This document shows positions 39,601-52,994 of a stretch of 64,000 nt of DNA, one piece after another. Source of the stretch: Adineta vaga (taxonomy: Eukaryota; Animalia; Rotifera). A model generated the notes under the pieces. It had not been told where the DNA came from, searched no databases, and was given only the letters and a program-made list of their open reading frames with translations. Position numbers and translations under genes: made by a program. The stretch covers positions 16,244,001 to 16,308,000 of the forward strand of contig CP075494.1 of NCBI GenBank assembly GCA_021613535.1, written 5' to 3'. Positions within the stretch are counted from its first letter, which is position 1, and every line of letters starts with the position of its first letter.

Positions 39601-40416
39601 CCATTTTTGTTCGGCTTCTTTCATTTTTTCTGTATCCTAAATAACAAAAACTACGATTATTAGTATAGTGATTCGATTATTTTACTGATGATAATATATC
39701 TGATAAAACCGATGAAATTGAACGAAGTACATAAATCGATGGTAGACAATTCGAATCGAGTTGGTACCATTGAGAAAGTAGTTGAGCATCATCCTTATCA
39801 TCGGCATTTAAACAAATAACCTTGTATAGTAATTCGAAGAGTGTTGCGGGAATTGTTGCAGGTATTGGTCGAGAACCGTAACGATGGCTTAGCAAAACCT
39901 ATTCATATACATATTCGAATGAATTACGAAACGAACTGAAGGGGCCACAAACTGATTTGCAGTCAGAAATCAGTTTGTTCCTCGTTGCTAACGCCTAATA
40001 GATGAGAACTAACCACAAAATTTGTAGCAATGGAATATTTTTTACATAATTCAATTTCACGTAGACATATCTGAACTTCACTGTGATTGTTACTTGATTC
40101 TGTTTGAATTCCCCATCGCATATCAACATACTAGAATTGAAAATCAAAGATGAATCATATTGAACGAAACACAAACCTGAAATTCTAGACGATACTTTTC
40201 TCGACAATAATCTTTCAATTTAGGAAAAACAATATCGATTAACGAGTCTCGTTCAATAAGTGTGTCTAAAAGAAAACATTACATTATCATTCATATACAG
40301 ATAGATTTCATACCTGAAAATGTTGAACTCAGAAAAACGCGTACGACTTTTGATCGAACATCAGAAATCTCGTCACAATGTCCTCTTAAAATGTCTATAG
40401 ATTTGATTGACTGCAT
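33634..40416 (-). CDS. NACHT and WD40 domain protein (NWD1/NWD2-like), multi-exon
   Basis: Spliced N-terminus VVRVFLSSTFSD..ERD, YVDMRWG, LLSHRYGSRP; Walker A GDSGCGKT (~38850-38875); ILLDSLDQL; RNGISQNELEDVLSLDDDVL; YNKRKLNELP; beta-propeller-like C-terminal half; ends CTLL*. Confidence 0.9.
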
Positions 40417-41078
40417 AATTCCACAACAGAAGAGTAGTATTTGTACAGAATAAAATTAGTTCAAGAATTTTATCAAAAAAAAACCAGAGAAAAGAGTTGA
40501 CATGTTTGTCATGTTTGTCTTGGAGAAACCTCAACAATGGTGCAACAGATATCCGTCTATATTTTTTTTCTGAAATCGTGATAGAAATGTTATGACCAAA
40601 CAATTTGGCTAATGGGATTATCGTAGAGGCAAGATCAATCACTTAGTACAAGAAATAGAAAGTTTTATGATGAATTGTTTGTAATCCATGTATAAAAAAA
40701 GAAAAATTAAGAATATTCTAACGCATAGACGGCGTAGCCATTAGGTCTGAGCAGGCTCAATACAAGGAATAAATTTTCCATAATTGTTTTCTAATTCTCG
40801 TTTTTGATAGATGGCGCATTCTTACAAGGTCAATCCAATCGTTTTTTTTACATAGGTATCCATCTGCGAAGAACCGGTAAATAGAAAGCATTGGAATAAT
40901 TCCTTCAATGCGCGTGTGTAAGAGTGAGAGATGAATATGAGGACCGTTTTCGGAAAGCTATTTAAAAGCACATGTCTTTCCTCTTTTTTACTTCCAAAAA
41001 ATGCACGAACATAATCTCACTAGTTCAAGTATTGAAATATAATACTTGAATAACTGAATTCAACTTTCGAGTTTGACA

Positions 41079-41999
41079 CTACTGCATTTGTGCTAATAAA
41101 TGACCAGCTTGATATGCTAATTGATGCATATAAGAATAAATTTCACTTTCACTTTCATTAGCAATTGTTTGACGAAAATCTAATGCATCTGATATTGTTA
41201 AATATGCACTATAATCTTTCGTACCAAGCCAGAAAAATTCATCTTGAAATGATTCTAAATATCCAAATGATGTTATTATTGGATGAATTAAATTTTGAAA
41301 ATCTTTTTTTACATATAATAAAGAAGCACTTCGATGAGTATATAACCATTTATGTGCATTTGTAACATAAAAATCAGGATCAAGTTTTTTTAAATCAATA
41401 GAAATAGCTCCAATTGTATGTGCACCATCAACAAGAGTTAAAATACCTTTTTGACGAAAAAATTTTATCATTATTTCAATATCAAATAGAATAGCTGGTA
41501 CGGAACTAATATGATCAAAAACTATTGATTTAACATTTTTTATCCTATCTAAAGTATCTTGAGTTGTTTTTAATAATAAATCAGTATTCTGAATTGTTTG
41601 ATGATCTAAAACAATTTCTATACATTGTTCTGCAGTAAGTATTTCACTTGAAATATATTGTAAAGTTAATTTAACCATTCCATATGCAATATTATAATAT
41701 AGAATAATTTCATTTGAATGAAATTTTAAAGATTTTAAAATTGTATTAATTCCAGTTGAAGCATTTTCAAGAATAACTATATCATCGGAATCACAATTAA
41801 CATATTTACTAAGTCTTTCTCGTAATTTTTTCATTTCAATTTGAATTTCATGACGAAACCAACGATCTGGATTATATTCAGCTTTCATTTGATATTCATG
41901 AAGTTTTTCATGAACATATTTTGGTGCTGATCCATATGAACCATGATTGATATTTATATAAGATGGATCAAGTGAAAAGTGGTAATAATGAATGTCCAA
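41079..41999 (-). CDS. PLP-dependent class V aminotransferase (isopenicillin N epimerase / cysteine desulfhydrase / Egt2-like), apparently 3'-truncated
   Basis: INHGSYGSAP, DHISS, VDGAH, NAHKWL (PLP lysine), GTKDYS; intronless; 306 aa, lacks the usual C-terminal small domain. Confidence 0.8.
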   Translation of the reverse strand: MDIHYYHFSLDPSYININHGSYGSAPKYVHEKLHEYQMKAEYNPDRWFRHEIQIEMKKLRERLSKYVNCDSDDIVILENASTGINTILKSLKFHSNEIILYYNIAYGMVKLTLQYISSEILTAEQCIEIVLDHQTIQNTDLLLKTTQDTLDRIKNVKSIVFDHISSVPAILFDIEIMIKFFRQKGILTLVDGAHTIGAISIDLKKLDPDFYVTNAHKWLYTHRSASLLYVKKDFQNLIHPIITSFGYLESFQDEFFWLGTKDYSAYLTISDALDFRQTIANESESEIYSYMHQLAYQAGHLLAQMQ

Positions 42000-42068
42000 A
42001 TGAATAAAACATATGTAATGATGTTTCCTTTCATGTTCGTTTAAAATGAAAATAAATTATTTCGTTTT

Positions 42069-42213
42069 CAGGGGCGTCCCGAGGGGGGGCGCGTGGGGCG
42101 TAACGCCCCCTGCTTCGGGAAAATTTTTGTTTTTTTTGCTCGCCAAAATTTTTTGCAGCAGAAAAAAAAATTTTTTTCGGAAAATTTTCAAAAATTTTTC
42201 GCTGCGCCCCCTG
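42069..42213. mobile_element. hAT-type MITE, 145 bp
   Basis: Termini caggggcg ... cgccccctg; 8-bp TSD ttcgtttt at 42061-42068 and 42214-42221. Confidence 0.85.
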
Positions 42214-42648
42214 TTCGTTTTATAGTTCTTCTTCTTATCTTCTTTAATAAAAATGTCGAGTTTTATGACAATCAACATTTATATCAAATCACTTGATTTA
42301 TTGTTATAGAATTTCAGAAATAGAAATGAAAAAGAAAACTGATTATAAATCACAAGAAGGTTAAGGTCAATAAACTGACTAATTATGTTTATTTGGTCGA
42401 TTTATTTGATGAATGTCATTATACCCATTGATGACACGTCGCATAGGGGAGAGAAGACAATAGAATATTATACTTGACAATTTGCAACATACACAGGAAA
42501 AGAACAAGAAATTGAATCAATTAAAGAATATATTAACATGAGATTGTCAATAAGATATCAATTGAAGATTGATAACAGGAATAGTATAGAAAAGAATGGA
42601 ATTTTTTTTGAAGCTATCTGTCGAATAACAAAACCGTCGAAAAATACA

Positions 42649-42726
42649 GTTTCGAGTGGGAATCGAATCCAGCAATCCTGAGACTGACTTTCCGGACTAG
42701 CACTCAGACCATTGAGCTATCAAAAC
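42649..42726 (-). pseudogene. tRNA-derived sequence (tRNA pseudogene or SINE-like head)
   Basis: Minus strand GTTTTGATAGCTCAATGGTCTGAGT...GGATTCGATTCCCACTCGAAAC: acceptor stem and A/B boxes present; anticodon and T stems imperfect. Confidence 0.6.
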
Positions 42727-42835
42727 ACACACTCCACATGTATTTATCGACGATATTGTTTTGTTGTTCGATAGAAAGTGTGAGTAACCAGTTAAACCAG
42801 ACAATACTCACTAGACGCTAAGCGTTATAATATTA

Positions 42836-42894
42836 ATGTGGGTGTGGGTTAGTTCTCTCTGTACATTCACCTACACCCCCACCCTCACTCTCAA
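42836..42894. repeat. Intergenic palindromic element, copy 14
   Basis: atgtgggtgtgggt - spacer - acctacacccccaccctcactctcaa. Confidence 0.75.
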
Positions 42895-43157
42895 TGTATT
42901 TCTTCGTTTATATTTAAATATCCATAGTTAATACTAATTGCACAAAAATTAGATGCATCAAGTAGGTAATTATGTTTATATGTCGCTTATGACTGAACAT
43001 CTGTCACAATTTTCAAATCAAGTCAATAACTTTCAAAAAAAAGTGTCAAGTCAAGTATGACTTGACTTCTCATCGCTGCCAGCAAGCTGACAAGTAATGA
43101 GTTCAATTTGAGAATAAAAAAGAAAATGTTTTTAATATATTTCATTCTATTTAAGAA

Positions 43158-46064
43158 ATGTCTTCAATTGCTGAAATCCTCAATACAATACCTCGTTGGC
43201 TTAATTATCTTCTTGCAATACCAATGATTATATTTGGTATGATTGGAGTAATATTAACAATTTTAATTTTTCTACGACAACGAACATTTTGGCGTAATCC
43301 AACAATAACATATTTACTTGCAGGTTCAATATTAACATCAATACATTTACCAACAATTTATTTTCCAATTGTTTTAGCTGATGGATTTAATATAATTATT
43401 TATAATAAAAATGATATAGTTTGTTGTTGTTTTTATTATTTCTTTTATGTAACAACAGTATCAGCTATTTATTTTCCATGTTGGACTGCATTTGATCAAT
43501 ATGAAAGTACAAGTCATCGAGCTGAATTTCGATATCACTGGAATTCTATTCGATTTGTTCGTTTTGTTATATGTGGAACAATTCTATTTTGGTTAATTTT
43601 ATATTTCCCTATTCTTTTTACAACAAGACGTGTTAATGGTATATGTTTAATAACAATTCATGAATATCGAATATTAAATAATTATATTTTAATTCCAATA
43701 TTTTTTACAGTAATTCCAGCTATATTAATTCTTATTTTTATTCGAGGAACAATTGAAAATCTTCGTCAAATTCGAATTCTAAATCAACATGGTCGATTAC
43801 AAAAACAAATTCGGCGAATGTTAATTCCATGATTAATTATTCTTTTTATTTCAATATTTCCATTTGGAATTGAATCAATTTATTCTCGAGCAACAAGCAC
43901 AATATATAAAACAGATATTCGATTAGCATGGGAACGTTTAATTATACATATTTTTCGTTTATTATTTCATGTAGATTTTTTTAGTACTGTTTATATTTAT
44001 TTCTATATGTCAAGTTGGAAGCTAGTTAAAGTAGAAGAAGTCAAATTTCATATTAGACAACTTCGAAATAGCTCCACTGGTCCAGACAACATCCACAACA
44101 GGTGTTTAAAGAATCATTCAAAATTACTTGTCCAGCATCTAACAAATCTGTTCAACGCAATTTTGAAACAAGGTTATATTCCAGCAATGTGGAAAAAGGC
44201 TAATATTATTCTTTTACTAAAGCCGAAGAAGGACAAACAACATCCATCTAGTTATCGGCCGATTAGTCTCCTTAGTTGCTTAGGCAAACTAATGGAGAAA
44301 ATAATCAAACAACGACTAATGCTCGAACTAGAAAGACGAAATATACTACCACAACATCAAGCCGGATTCAGACCAGGAAAAAGCACTATATACAACATCG
44401 TGCGACTAGAAAGATATGCTGAAGGTCAACTGAGACGACCCCGTCGAAGACGTCACTCAGCTGTCATTCTTTTCGACATCAAAGCTGCCTTTGATTCGGT
44501 TTGGCACGATGGTTTGATATACAGGCTTAACGATTTACGTCTTCCCAAATACATCATTAACTACCTGATCTCTTTTTTAAGCAATCGAACGGCTGCTATT
44601 GAAATTGAAAATATATTATCACGTCAATTCAATCTGAAGAGCGGTACACCACAAGGATCTCCGTTATCACCTCTACTATACATTATGTACACGGCAGATT
44701 CGATGAATGGAATACCGACTCATACAGAACACGGGCTTTTCGCCGACGACACTGCATTATGGACATCTGGCAACACCTTAACATCACTTAGATCCAGATT
44801 ACAACAATCCATAAATGCATTCGAAAGTTGGTGCAAATCATGGAAATTGAAATTGCAACCAACAAAAACAGAGCTGATACATTTCAGCAAGAAAGAATTA
44901 CAAAAATCCAGTGATAGTGAAAGTCGAAAACAACATCATCAAGCCACTGGATTCTACACGATACTTGGGTGTAATCATCGACAAAAGATTAAAATGGCGA
45001 ACACATCTCGATCATATCGAAACGAAGATTGCTCCTCGGATCGGTCTTCTTAGATATTTATCGAGGAAAGCACAAGACCCCAACAACAAGACGATGATAA
45101 ATATTTTCAAATCAATAGTACGTACAGTTATCATATACGGTTATCCAATTCTCCTCACTGCTGATCAAAAAATATGGGACCGATTACAAATCATGCAAAA
45201 CAAAGCAATTAGAGCTGCACTCGGTTTACCCATATATACATCAGTCAACTACATCCACAAGATTAGCAACATCCCCAAAATCAAAGACTACGCCATTGGA
45301 TTACTTAAAAAGTCCATATCAACGGCATCTTCCAACCACGACACTACACTGAAGAACCTTCTACAAGGCATATTCGACAAAGTGTAAAAAGAAATCACCA
45401 ACCGTTATATATATAATAGTAACGTCGAGAGAATAGACTATTCCTGTGTTCGTCGAATCTGTATAAGAATTGTTATATCGGATTCGAATACATATAGCTA
45501 TTTCTTTTCTCGTTCTTGTATATAATATCAAGTCAACCAAACTATACAACGAATTATCGATATATTCAGCCAATTCTTTGCTCGTTATTATATGCAATAT
45601 GATATCGAGTCAACGCATCGGCTGATTCACGCGTCAACCAGCAAATTATTTCACTCGGTCTTATATACAATATGAAATCGAGTCAATGCATTTACTGATC
45701 AAAATTCGTTTCATATATATTCAAGCGCCTTTCTTTTTCCTTTCCTTTCCTTCTCTATTACATTTGTTTCTTTTCCTTACCACACCACTAAGATTTTTCA
45801 CACGTCATTCCTTGTACATATACTAGAACTACACTTATTCTTCATCTTTCTACTTCTTTCTCTACGGACAAAAGACGTACGTCATGGGTCCTTGTTGTTT
45901 CTCTTTCAGCTTATATATAACAATGATACTAACCGTTGATTATATCTACTAGTGTTGTTTTATATAATAAAGCTTTGTTACCAAAAAAAAAAAAAAAAAA
46001 AAAATATATGTCAAGTGAAGTACGACGTGCATTTAGACAATTATACTCTCAGAATAAACGTTGA
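43158..46064 (+). pseudogene. Class A GPCR pseudogene disrupted by a premature stop (43830-43832) and a LINE insertion
   Basis: AFDQY (DRY-like). The reading frame continues past the TGA and resumes after the LINE as YMSSEVRRAFRQLYSQNKR*. Confidence 0.8.
44016..46004 (+). mobile_element. 5'-truncated copy of the same LINE
   Basis: Near-identical to ~11952-13942; 12-bp TSD tatatgtcaagt at 44004-44015 and 46005-46016; poly(A); private 8-bp deletion near 44890. Confidence 0.95.
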
Positions 46065-46151
46065 CAATCAAAATCATTTCAATAATCCTATAATTAATTG
46101 TTGTCTTCAATCGATTTTGAAATTGACTATTTAATTTAAAATAAAATAAAA

Positions 46152-46218
46152 ATCTTGAGGGTGAGAGTGTGGTTGGTTCTTATTACACGTTCACTCACAC
46201 TCTCGCCCACACCTACAA
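46152..46218. repeat. Intergenic palindromic element, copy 15
   Basis: atcttgagggtgagagtgtg - spacer - cacactctcgcccacacctacaa. Confidence 0.8.
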
Positions 46219-46853
46219 TATACGGATCTATTTTAATGGATTGATAATCCGTATTTCTGTGCCAGATATTACAACCGTATGGATTGACGCAGGAATATTT
46301 CATCATAATGATCCTATAGTATTACTTATTGGTTAGAATCATATCTTATTTAACCCTCGTACTATACCAGGTCTTTTTCTACTAAATATGTTTTAAACAG
46401 AACGAAATAAAATCTTCCAGGATGATTCTACGAGAGTTAGACATTCATTTTTATTCTGTTTATATTATTCAGTCCTCTCCGGATTGACGGAAAATCTCGA
46501 AAAAAAGTAGGAAAATCTCGAAAGTAACATTATCGAAGACTTCGATAATAAACAGGAAAATATCGAACGGTAAATCTAGAAAAGTCGAAAATATAGAAAC
46601 GAATATAGGCATAAAAGAGTGAAAGGAAAATATAGAATGGAAAATTAAAAATGATCCTGAAAGATGTCTATATTGGTCATGATATTTTTATTGCAATTAC
46701 TATTGGATATTACTATTAAGTTTAATCTCGTCGGCTGTGAAGACTATAGTCATCTCTCTTGCAAGTTCTTTGTTTAGCACAGTATTTAATCGGATACTTT
46801 CCCCTATTTCTGGTTATTTATTTCCGATTCTTCGAATACAAATCAATACTAAC

Positions 46854-49800
46854 ATGTCAACAGCGCAAACTAGTCTATGTGATTCTCCATCATCATCATC
46901 AACAGAAGATAGTCAATGTGGTTCTCTTCCATCATCACCAACAAACATTTCATTTTTAACATCGAATAAAGGAAAACAACTATTATCATTTCAAAGTTAT
47001 CTGTTCGATTGTAATAAATCAACACCATCGAAACGATATTGGATTTGTATTCAGAAAGCCTGTGGTGTATTCATTCATACTAATTTAAATAATGAATTCT
47101 TAACAATTACTGGTAGTCATAATCATGTTGCTCATCCCGATATACTCGAAATGAAAGTCTTAAGAACAAAAATGAAAACTCGTATTTTAAATGAAACAAC
47201 TTCCATTACAAAGATCTATGATGAAGAAATTGCTAAAGCTGGTTTAGCTGAATCAATTGCCGCGCAGTTTCCAACGGTGGTCGAATATCGTACGTATTTT
47301 TACATCAGCAAAACTAGAAAAATTTTCGATTCATTTTATTTTCCTTATCAGGTTCAAATATGAGCAAAGCTCGACGCAAAACAACACCTGTCATTCCGAC
47401 TTCATGTGTATTTGAAATTCCAGATTCATATAAAAAAACTTTGTCAAACAAACAATTTTTACTTATGGATTTATATTTAAAACGTTCAAAAGATCGTGTA
47501 ATCGTATATGCAACTACTGAACAACTTCAGCTCTTATTAAACAGCACAACGATATTTATGGATGGAACTTTTGGAGTTGCTTCACCAGATTTTGAACAAA
47601 TCTTTCTTATTCATATTCAACATTTTGGTCAAGGTATATTATTGAAGTTATTTAAATGTTTTCAATTAATTTTTGTTGAGTTATGATAAGGTTTACCGGT
47701 GGTATTTTGTCTGATGTCGAATCGACGAGCAGCTACATATATCGAATTATTCCAACGATTAAAATATGAAGCTAAAGGACTAGGCATGCACTTCCAACCG
47801 ACGAATATTGTATCCGACTTTGAAACAGCCTTGATGCCAGTTGTTCGGCAAGAAGTAAGTACTCATTTGTTTTGTCACGAGACATTGGTAGCTTTAAGGG
47901 GTGGGGGGGGGGGGGTACCCCCTAAACATACCCTCAAATTTCGTTAGTTTGTAGAGTCAAGGGCCAGGGTTAAGGATATCACAATATCGAATGGGTTGGA
48001 TAAGATTTCGTTAGAGAAATATGGATTGCAAAAAGCTAAAAAACCGGTTTTTCCATGTATTTTCAAGTTTTCGGAAAAAGTAGTTCTTGCCCAGTCCCCT
48101 ATTCGAACGAATCATTATGGAATACAAGTTCCTTAGAGAAAATTGTTCGTTGTATTGATATGCATGGGGTCACATGTTTTCTCCTTAAACAAAACTGCTT
48201 TTACCAAGAATTTACTATGTAAAAGTGAATTTTGACCATATAATTTTTTGTAATTTAAAAATACAGAATATACACATTTTAAGACAACTATAATTTGAAT
48301 CTAATGCTCATTTAATATCTATTGAAACATTACTTATATAAGCAGGTATCCATTGGCTATATAATCATCTGGTTTCAGATGTCGTAAGATGTCATACTCA
48401 TCAAATAGGAAAGAAACTATGTATAATATTTTTCATATAATAAAACTGAATAGAATTATTATAGTACATTTTTAAGTTTTAATATAAAATATCGATCTCT
48501 TTCTCCTATTCTAATATATTTCCTGGATTTTATTATATATATATACATTTACATAAAGAACAAATCTAACGGTTTACCGTTCACACACACACACATATAT
48601 AGATATGATAGTTCGTTTCTGATAGAATATTAATTATTTGTTGATTACTATTATGTACACCGATGAATATGAATCAGGTACAGATTCATCATCAACAACG
48701 AATAAAGTAGAGAAATTAAAAGGGTACAAAAAGAATACTAGGGTTGGAAAACGTTCTCGTTCGAAACATAGTCGATCAAGAAGGTCAAGAGATATATCTG
48801 GTGCTAAAAAGAATGTATCAGAATCAAGATCGTATTCCCGTTCTCGTTCAACTTCAATAGCACGTGAAACAATTAAAGGTCGAACATCAGCAAAAGTAGT
48901 CGATTCTTTAGAAAGGTACGTCTTTTTTTATTGTACTAGAAAATATGATTTCTATTTATAACCATTTAGTGCATTACAGTATGTTCCTTCTACAACAAAT
49001 GCTCAATTATTTGAAATTAATGCTTTACAAGAACAATTAGCTTCCGCTAATTTATGCGCCAATGGTCGTTTATTATTTGTTGCTGATGTAAAGGTGCCTC
49101 AAGGACTTTATCATGAGAACGGTCTGAAATGTTCCGTTTGTGGAAAAATTTCGTCGTTGACAAATTTTCCATCGAAACCGTTCTATGAGATACAAGCACC
49201 GAATCAACGACTATATGTTGCAAATGCACTGACAGGTACGTTTATTCGCAGACATTCGAAAGTCTAGGCGCCATTCATCTTAGCCTGTAAATTATCTATT
49301 TATTCTCTAATCTTCTTTTTTAGGCATTGGATATGATAATCTAAGTCTAGTCATGTCAATTTTATGTTTAAAAATTCCAAATAAAACAAATTTTATACCT
49401 CAAGTGCTGCAAACGTAAGTTATCATGATTTACATACCATCATCTGATGTCAAGCACTCTAATATATACGTATATCTTATATTTTCCAGCTACGACAATT
49501 TGCATCTTTTCGTTCAGCAACACTTTGATTTAGTTGCTCGAAACCTTCGATCTTCTCATAATGTCAAAAGTAACAGCACAGATGAACTTATAGATCTTGC
49601 AGTATCAATGGATGGTATGATTCTAGTATATCATTTAGAAAGCAAATCTCGGTTGCTAATTTATTTATATATAATTTGTATGCTTAGGAACTTGGAAAAA
49701 AAGAGGTTTCGTCTCTCAATATGGTATCGTGTTTGTTATTGAAATGGACACTGGTTTGGCACTCGATTTTGAAGTTTTGAGTGTCAGATGTGAGAGATGC

Positions 49801-52800
49801 GAGAAGAATAAACGAGAAAAAACAGCACATGAATTTCGAAGTTGGGTATGCTAGTTATTGTAGGTTAATTTTTCAATAAAATAAATTTCTTTTTTACTAG
49901 TATGCGAAACATAAATCAAGTTGTGAAAAAAATTGGGATGGGACAGCAAAGGCAATGGAAGTTGAAGGTGCAAAACGATTGTTTCAAAGGTCACTGATTA
50001 AAGGTAATATAAAATTATTTTCACGCTATATTCTGGATGTTTGAAATAGACTAGAACTATTTTATGTTGTATGTGTACTTTATAGGTTTCCGATACAAGT
50101 GGTTAATATGTGATGGTGATTCTAGTGCATATGAAGCTGTCAAAAACACATATGTTGTTGAAGAAGTCGATGATAACCTGCCATTGCAGGAGAAGGATCA
50201 ACAACTACACAGTGACGAATCTGAAGATGAAAGTAAGTTCAAGTATAAACATATAACCCTGAATATTCTCAATTGCTTTTTCAATATTTGTCAATTATTA
50301 TTCTAAATATTCATATAGATCGAGATTATCAAACAAATGAAATAACACCACACGATATTGAACAAGATTTAGTATTCAAAGAGGATTGCATAAATCATGT
50401 TCAGAAACGAGTAACTAGTCGATTGAAAGATCTTCGAACAAAATATTCTCGATTGGAATTTCAATCAACATCTGCAACAAATGAAAAATCATCTGAACGT
50501 TCAAGGAAACATCGAATTTTAATGTCTGACGGAAAACCTTATTCTGGCAGTACAGGTAGAATGACAAAACAAATGGAGCAAAAATTTACAAGTTTATATG
50601 GCAATGCTATCCGAGAGTCAAGTAATCAAGCAATAGGTACTTATCGTTATGATTGAATAGCATAATATTTGCTTTATGTATTTGTGTAGATATGAATCTT
50701 GATGAAGATGATGCGGTGCTTCTTATGCAAACAAAATGTCGAGCTGTTTTTTATCACTATATCGATCAAGTAGATAAGAACCAGCAGCATCAGTTTTGTC
50801 CAAAAGGATCAAGCAGGTATACAATTAGAATAAAACTATCTACGAGAAAGAAACAATACTTTTCCTTTTCAAAAATAAATGTGATTTTCTAGTTGGTGCA
50901 CATTTCAGTCTGGAACGTTGGACACCAGCAAAGAACATACAAAACAAAACAAAAAGAAGTATCTGGATCGAGTAAATATATTCATCTTCTGCTTGATTAT
51001 TTATAATAAAACATTTTAATCAACTTTTATCTTTCGTTTCAGATATTTCTAGATATATTTCAAGATATGATTGAATCATTGACCAACAAAGAACTTCTTA
51101 GAAGATGTCTACGAGGTAAAACAAACGTTTTTTAGATAATGAACTATAGTATTTTCATGCAATCCTATTGATACCTTCTCATAATTAGGTGCAACTCAAA
51201 ATTCGAACGAATGTTTAAATTCTATTGTATGGACTATATTATCCAAGACTAAAAATCATGGTTATCGATCAATTCGTGGTGCAGCTGCACTGGCGTGTTT
51301 ATATTTTAACAAAGGTCGGACAGGCCTGATTGAATATTTTCATTACATTGGTCTTGATGTAAATGATGAATTTATAAATATTATGATAGGTAACTAAACC
51401 TGAAGAAACATTATCATAAAATTTCAGGACAATATTGAAATACAAATTATATGACATACTGCTTTTAGATAAAGATGAAGAAAGACTACAAAAAACAACT
51501 GTTGCTGCTGAAAAGCACGATGAAATCAAGGAAAGAAAAAAACAATCCCGTTTTGATTCATTAGCTGCCGAGGATGATACTGAACAATATGGAAGTGGCA
51601 AACATTAACATTTAATCAAATTCGAATAATAAGAAAAAACTGAACAAGAATTCCTTTTCTGTGGATTTTACCTAGATTATTTCATCTGACACATAACTAT
51701 ATAATAAAATCCAGGAAATATATTAGAATAGGAGAAAGAGATCGATATTTTATATTAAAACTTAAAAATGTACTATAATAATTCTATTCGGTTTTATTAT
51801 ATGAAAAATATTATACATGGTTTCTTTCCTATTTGATGAGTATGACATCTTACGACATCTGAAACCAGATGATTATATAGCCAATGGATACCTGCTTATA
51901 TAAGTAATGTTTCAATAGATATTAAATGAGCATTAGATTCAAATTATAGTTGTCTTAAAATGTGTATATTCTGTATTTTTAAATTACAAAAAATTATATG
52001 GTCAAAATTCACTTTTACATAGTAAATTCTTGGTAAAAGCAGTTTTGTTTAAGGAGAAAACATGTCACCCCATGCATATCAATACAACGAACAATTTTCT
52101 CTAAGGAACTTGTATTCCAAAATGATTCGTTCGAATAGGGGACTGGGCAAGAACTACTTTTTCCGAAAACCTGAAAATACATGGAAAAACCGGTTTTTTA
52201 GCTTTTTGCAATCCATATTTCTCTAACGAAATCTTATCCAACCCATTCGATATTGTGATATCCTTAACCCTGGCCCTTGACTCTACAAACTGACGAAATT
52301 TGAGGGTATGTTTAGGGGGTACCCCCCCCCCCCCTTAATTCTTGTTTTAGCTTCCTGATGCAACGCATTCGGGTTGTCTATTTCATTTCATGCAAACAAT
52401 TCATCGCAAGATAATGGGTCTAGGCTTAAACGATGATTACACAAAATGTGCTGAAACACGTGAACAATGCAAGCAGCTGATTGCTTTGAGTTTAATGCCA
52501 GTACATGAAGTTGAACGTCAATTTGAACGTCTTCGTAATATAGCATCCCCATCATTGGATGATTTATTTGTATATTTCCACCGCCAGTGGATCGATGGAA
52601 ATGTTCCGTTGATCATGTGGAATTTTCATGAGCTGGATCATAGAACGAATAATATATCAGAAGGTAAGCAGATCATTCAAACAGAGATTAAAAACATTTA
52701 ATCTTTTATTTCTTATATTGTGTAGCATATAGTCGTCGGTTTGGTTCTCGGATTTTGAGAAAACACCCAAATGTGTGGACGTTTATACAGCTGATTCAAA

Positions 52801-52994
52801 GTGAAAATGCTCGAATCGAACATTTGATAGTTCTACTCGATGCCGGTGCTGCTACATCGAAAGAATCATCCAAAACAACTGCTTTTCAAAAACGATTCTG
52901 TAATCGCAAAACGAGATTTCATAATTATGAAATCAATGCAAAACAGCTATTACATGGACTTAGTATGTTAATTGGAGCACCTAAGAACCGATAA
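46854..52994 (+). CDS. FLYWCH-MULE transposase, 5 exons; the third intron contains the nested element
   Basis: FLYWCH (KGKQLL...YWIC...C...HNH); catalytic FMDGTF, VSDFE, TNNISE; GCLFHF; HPNVW. Exons join in frame by manual splicing. Confidence 0.85.
47898..52334 (+). mobile_element. Kolobok-type DNA transposon with ~640-bp terminal inverted repeats
   Basis: TTAA TSD at 47894-47897 and 52335-52338; GG...CC termini; near-perfect TIRs 47898-48539 and 51698-52334. The superfamily call rests on the TSD and transposase motifs. Confidence 0.85.
48653..51608 (+). CDS. Intron-rich DDE transposase (Kolobok-Hydra / 'Mutator-like' family)
   Basis: SMDGTWKKRG, CEKNWDGTAKAMEVEG, ICDGDS, EDCINHVQKR, HQFCPKG..WC, CLRGATQNSNECLNSIVW, C-terminal YGSGKH*. 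Confidence 0.8.

Noticed and set aside
42649-42726. Functional tRNA gene
   Set aside because: The anticodon stem does not pair and the isotype cannot be assigned; reported as tRNA-derived instead.
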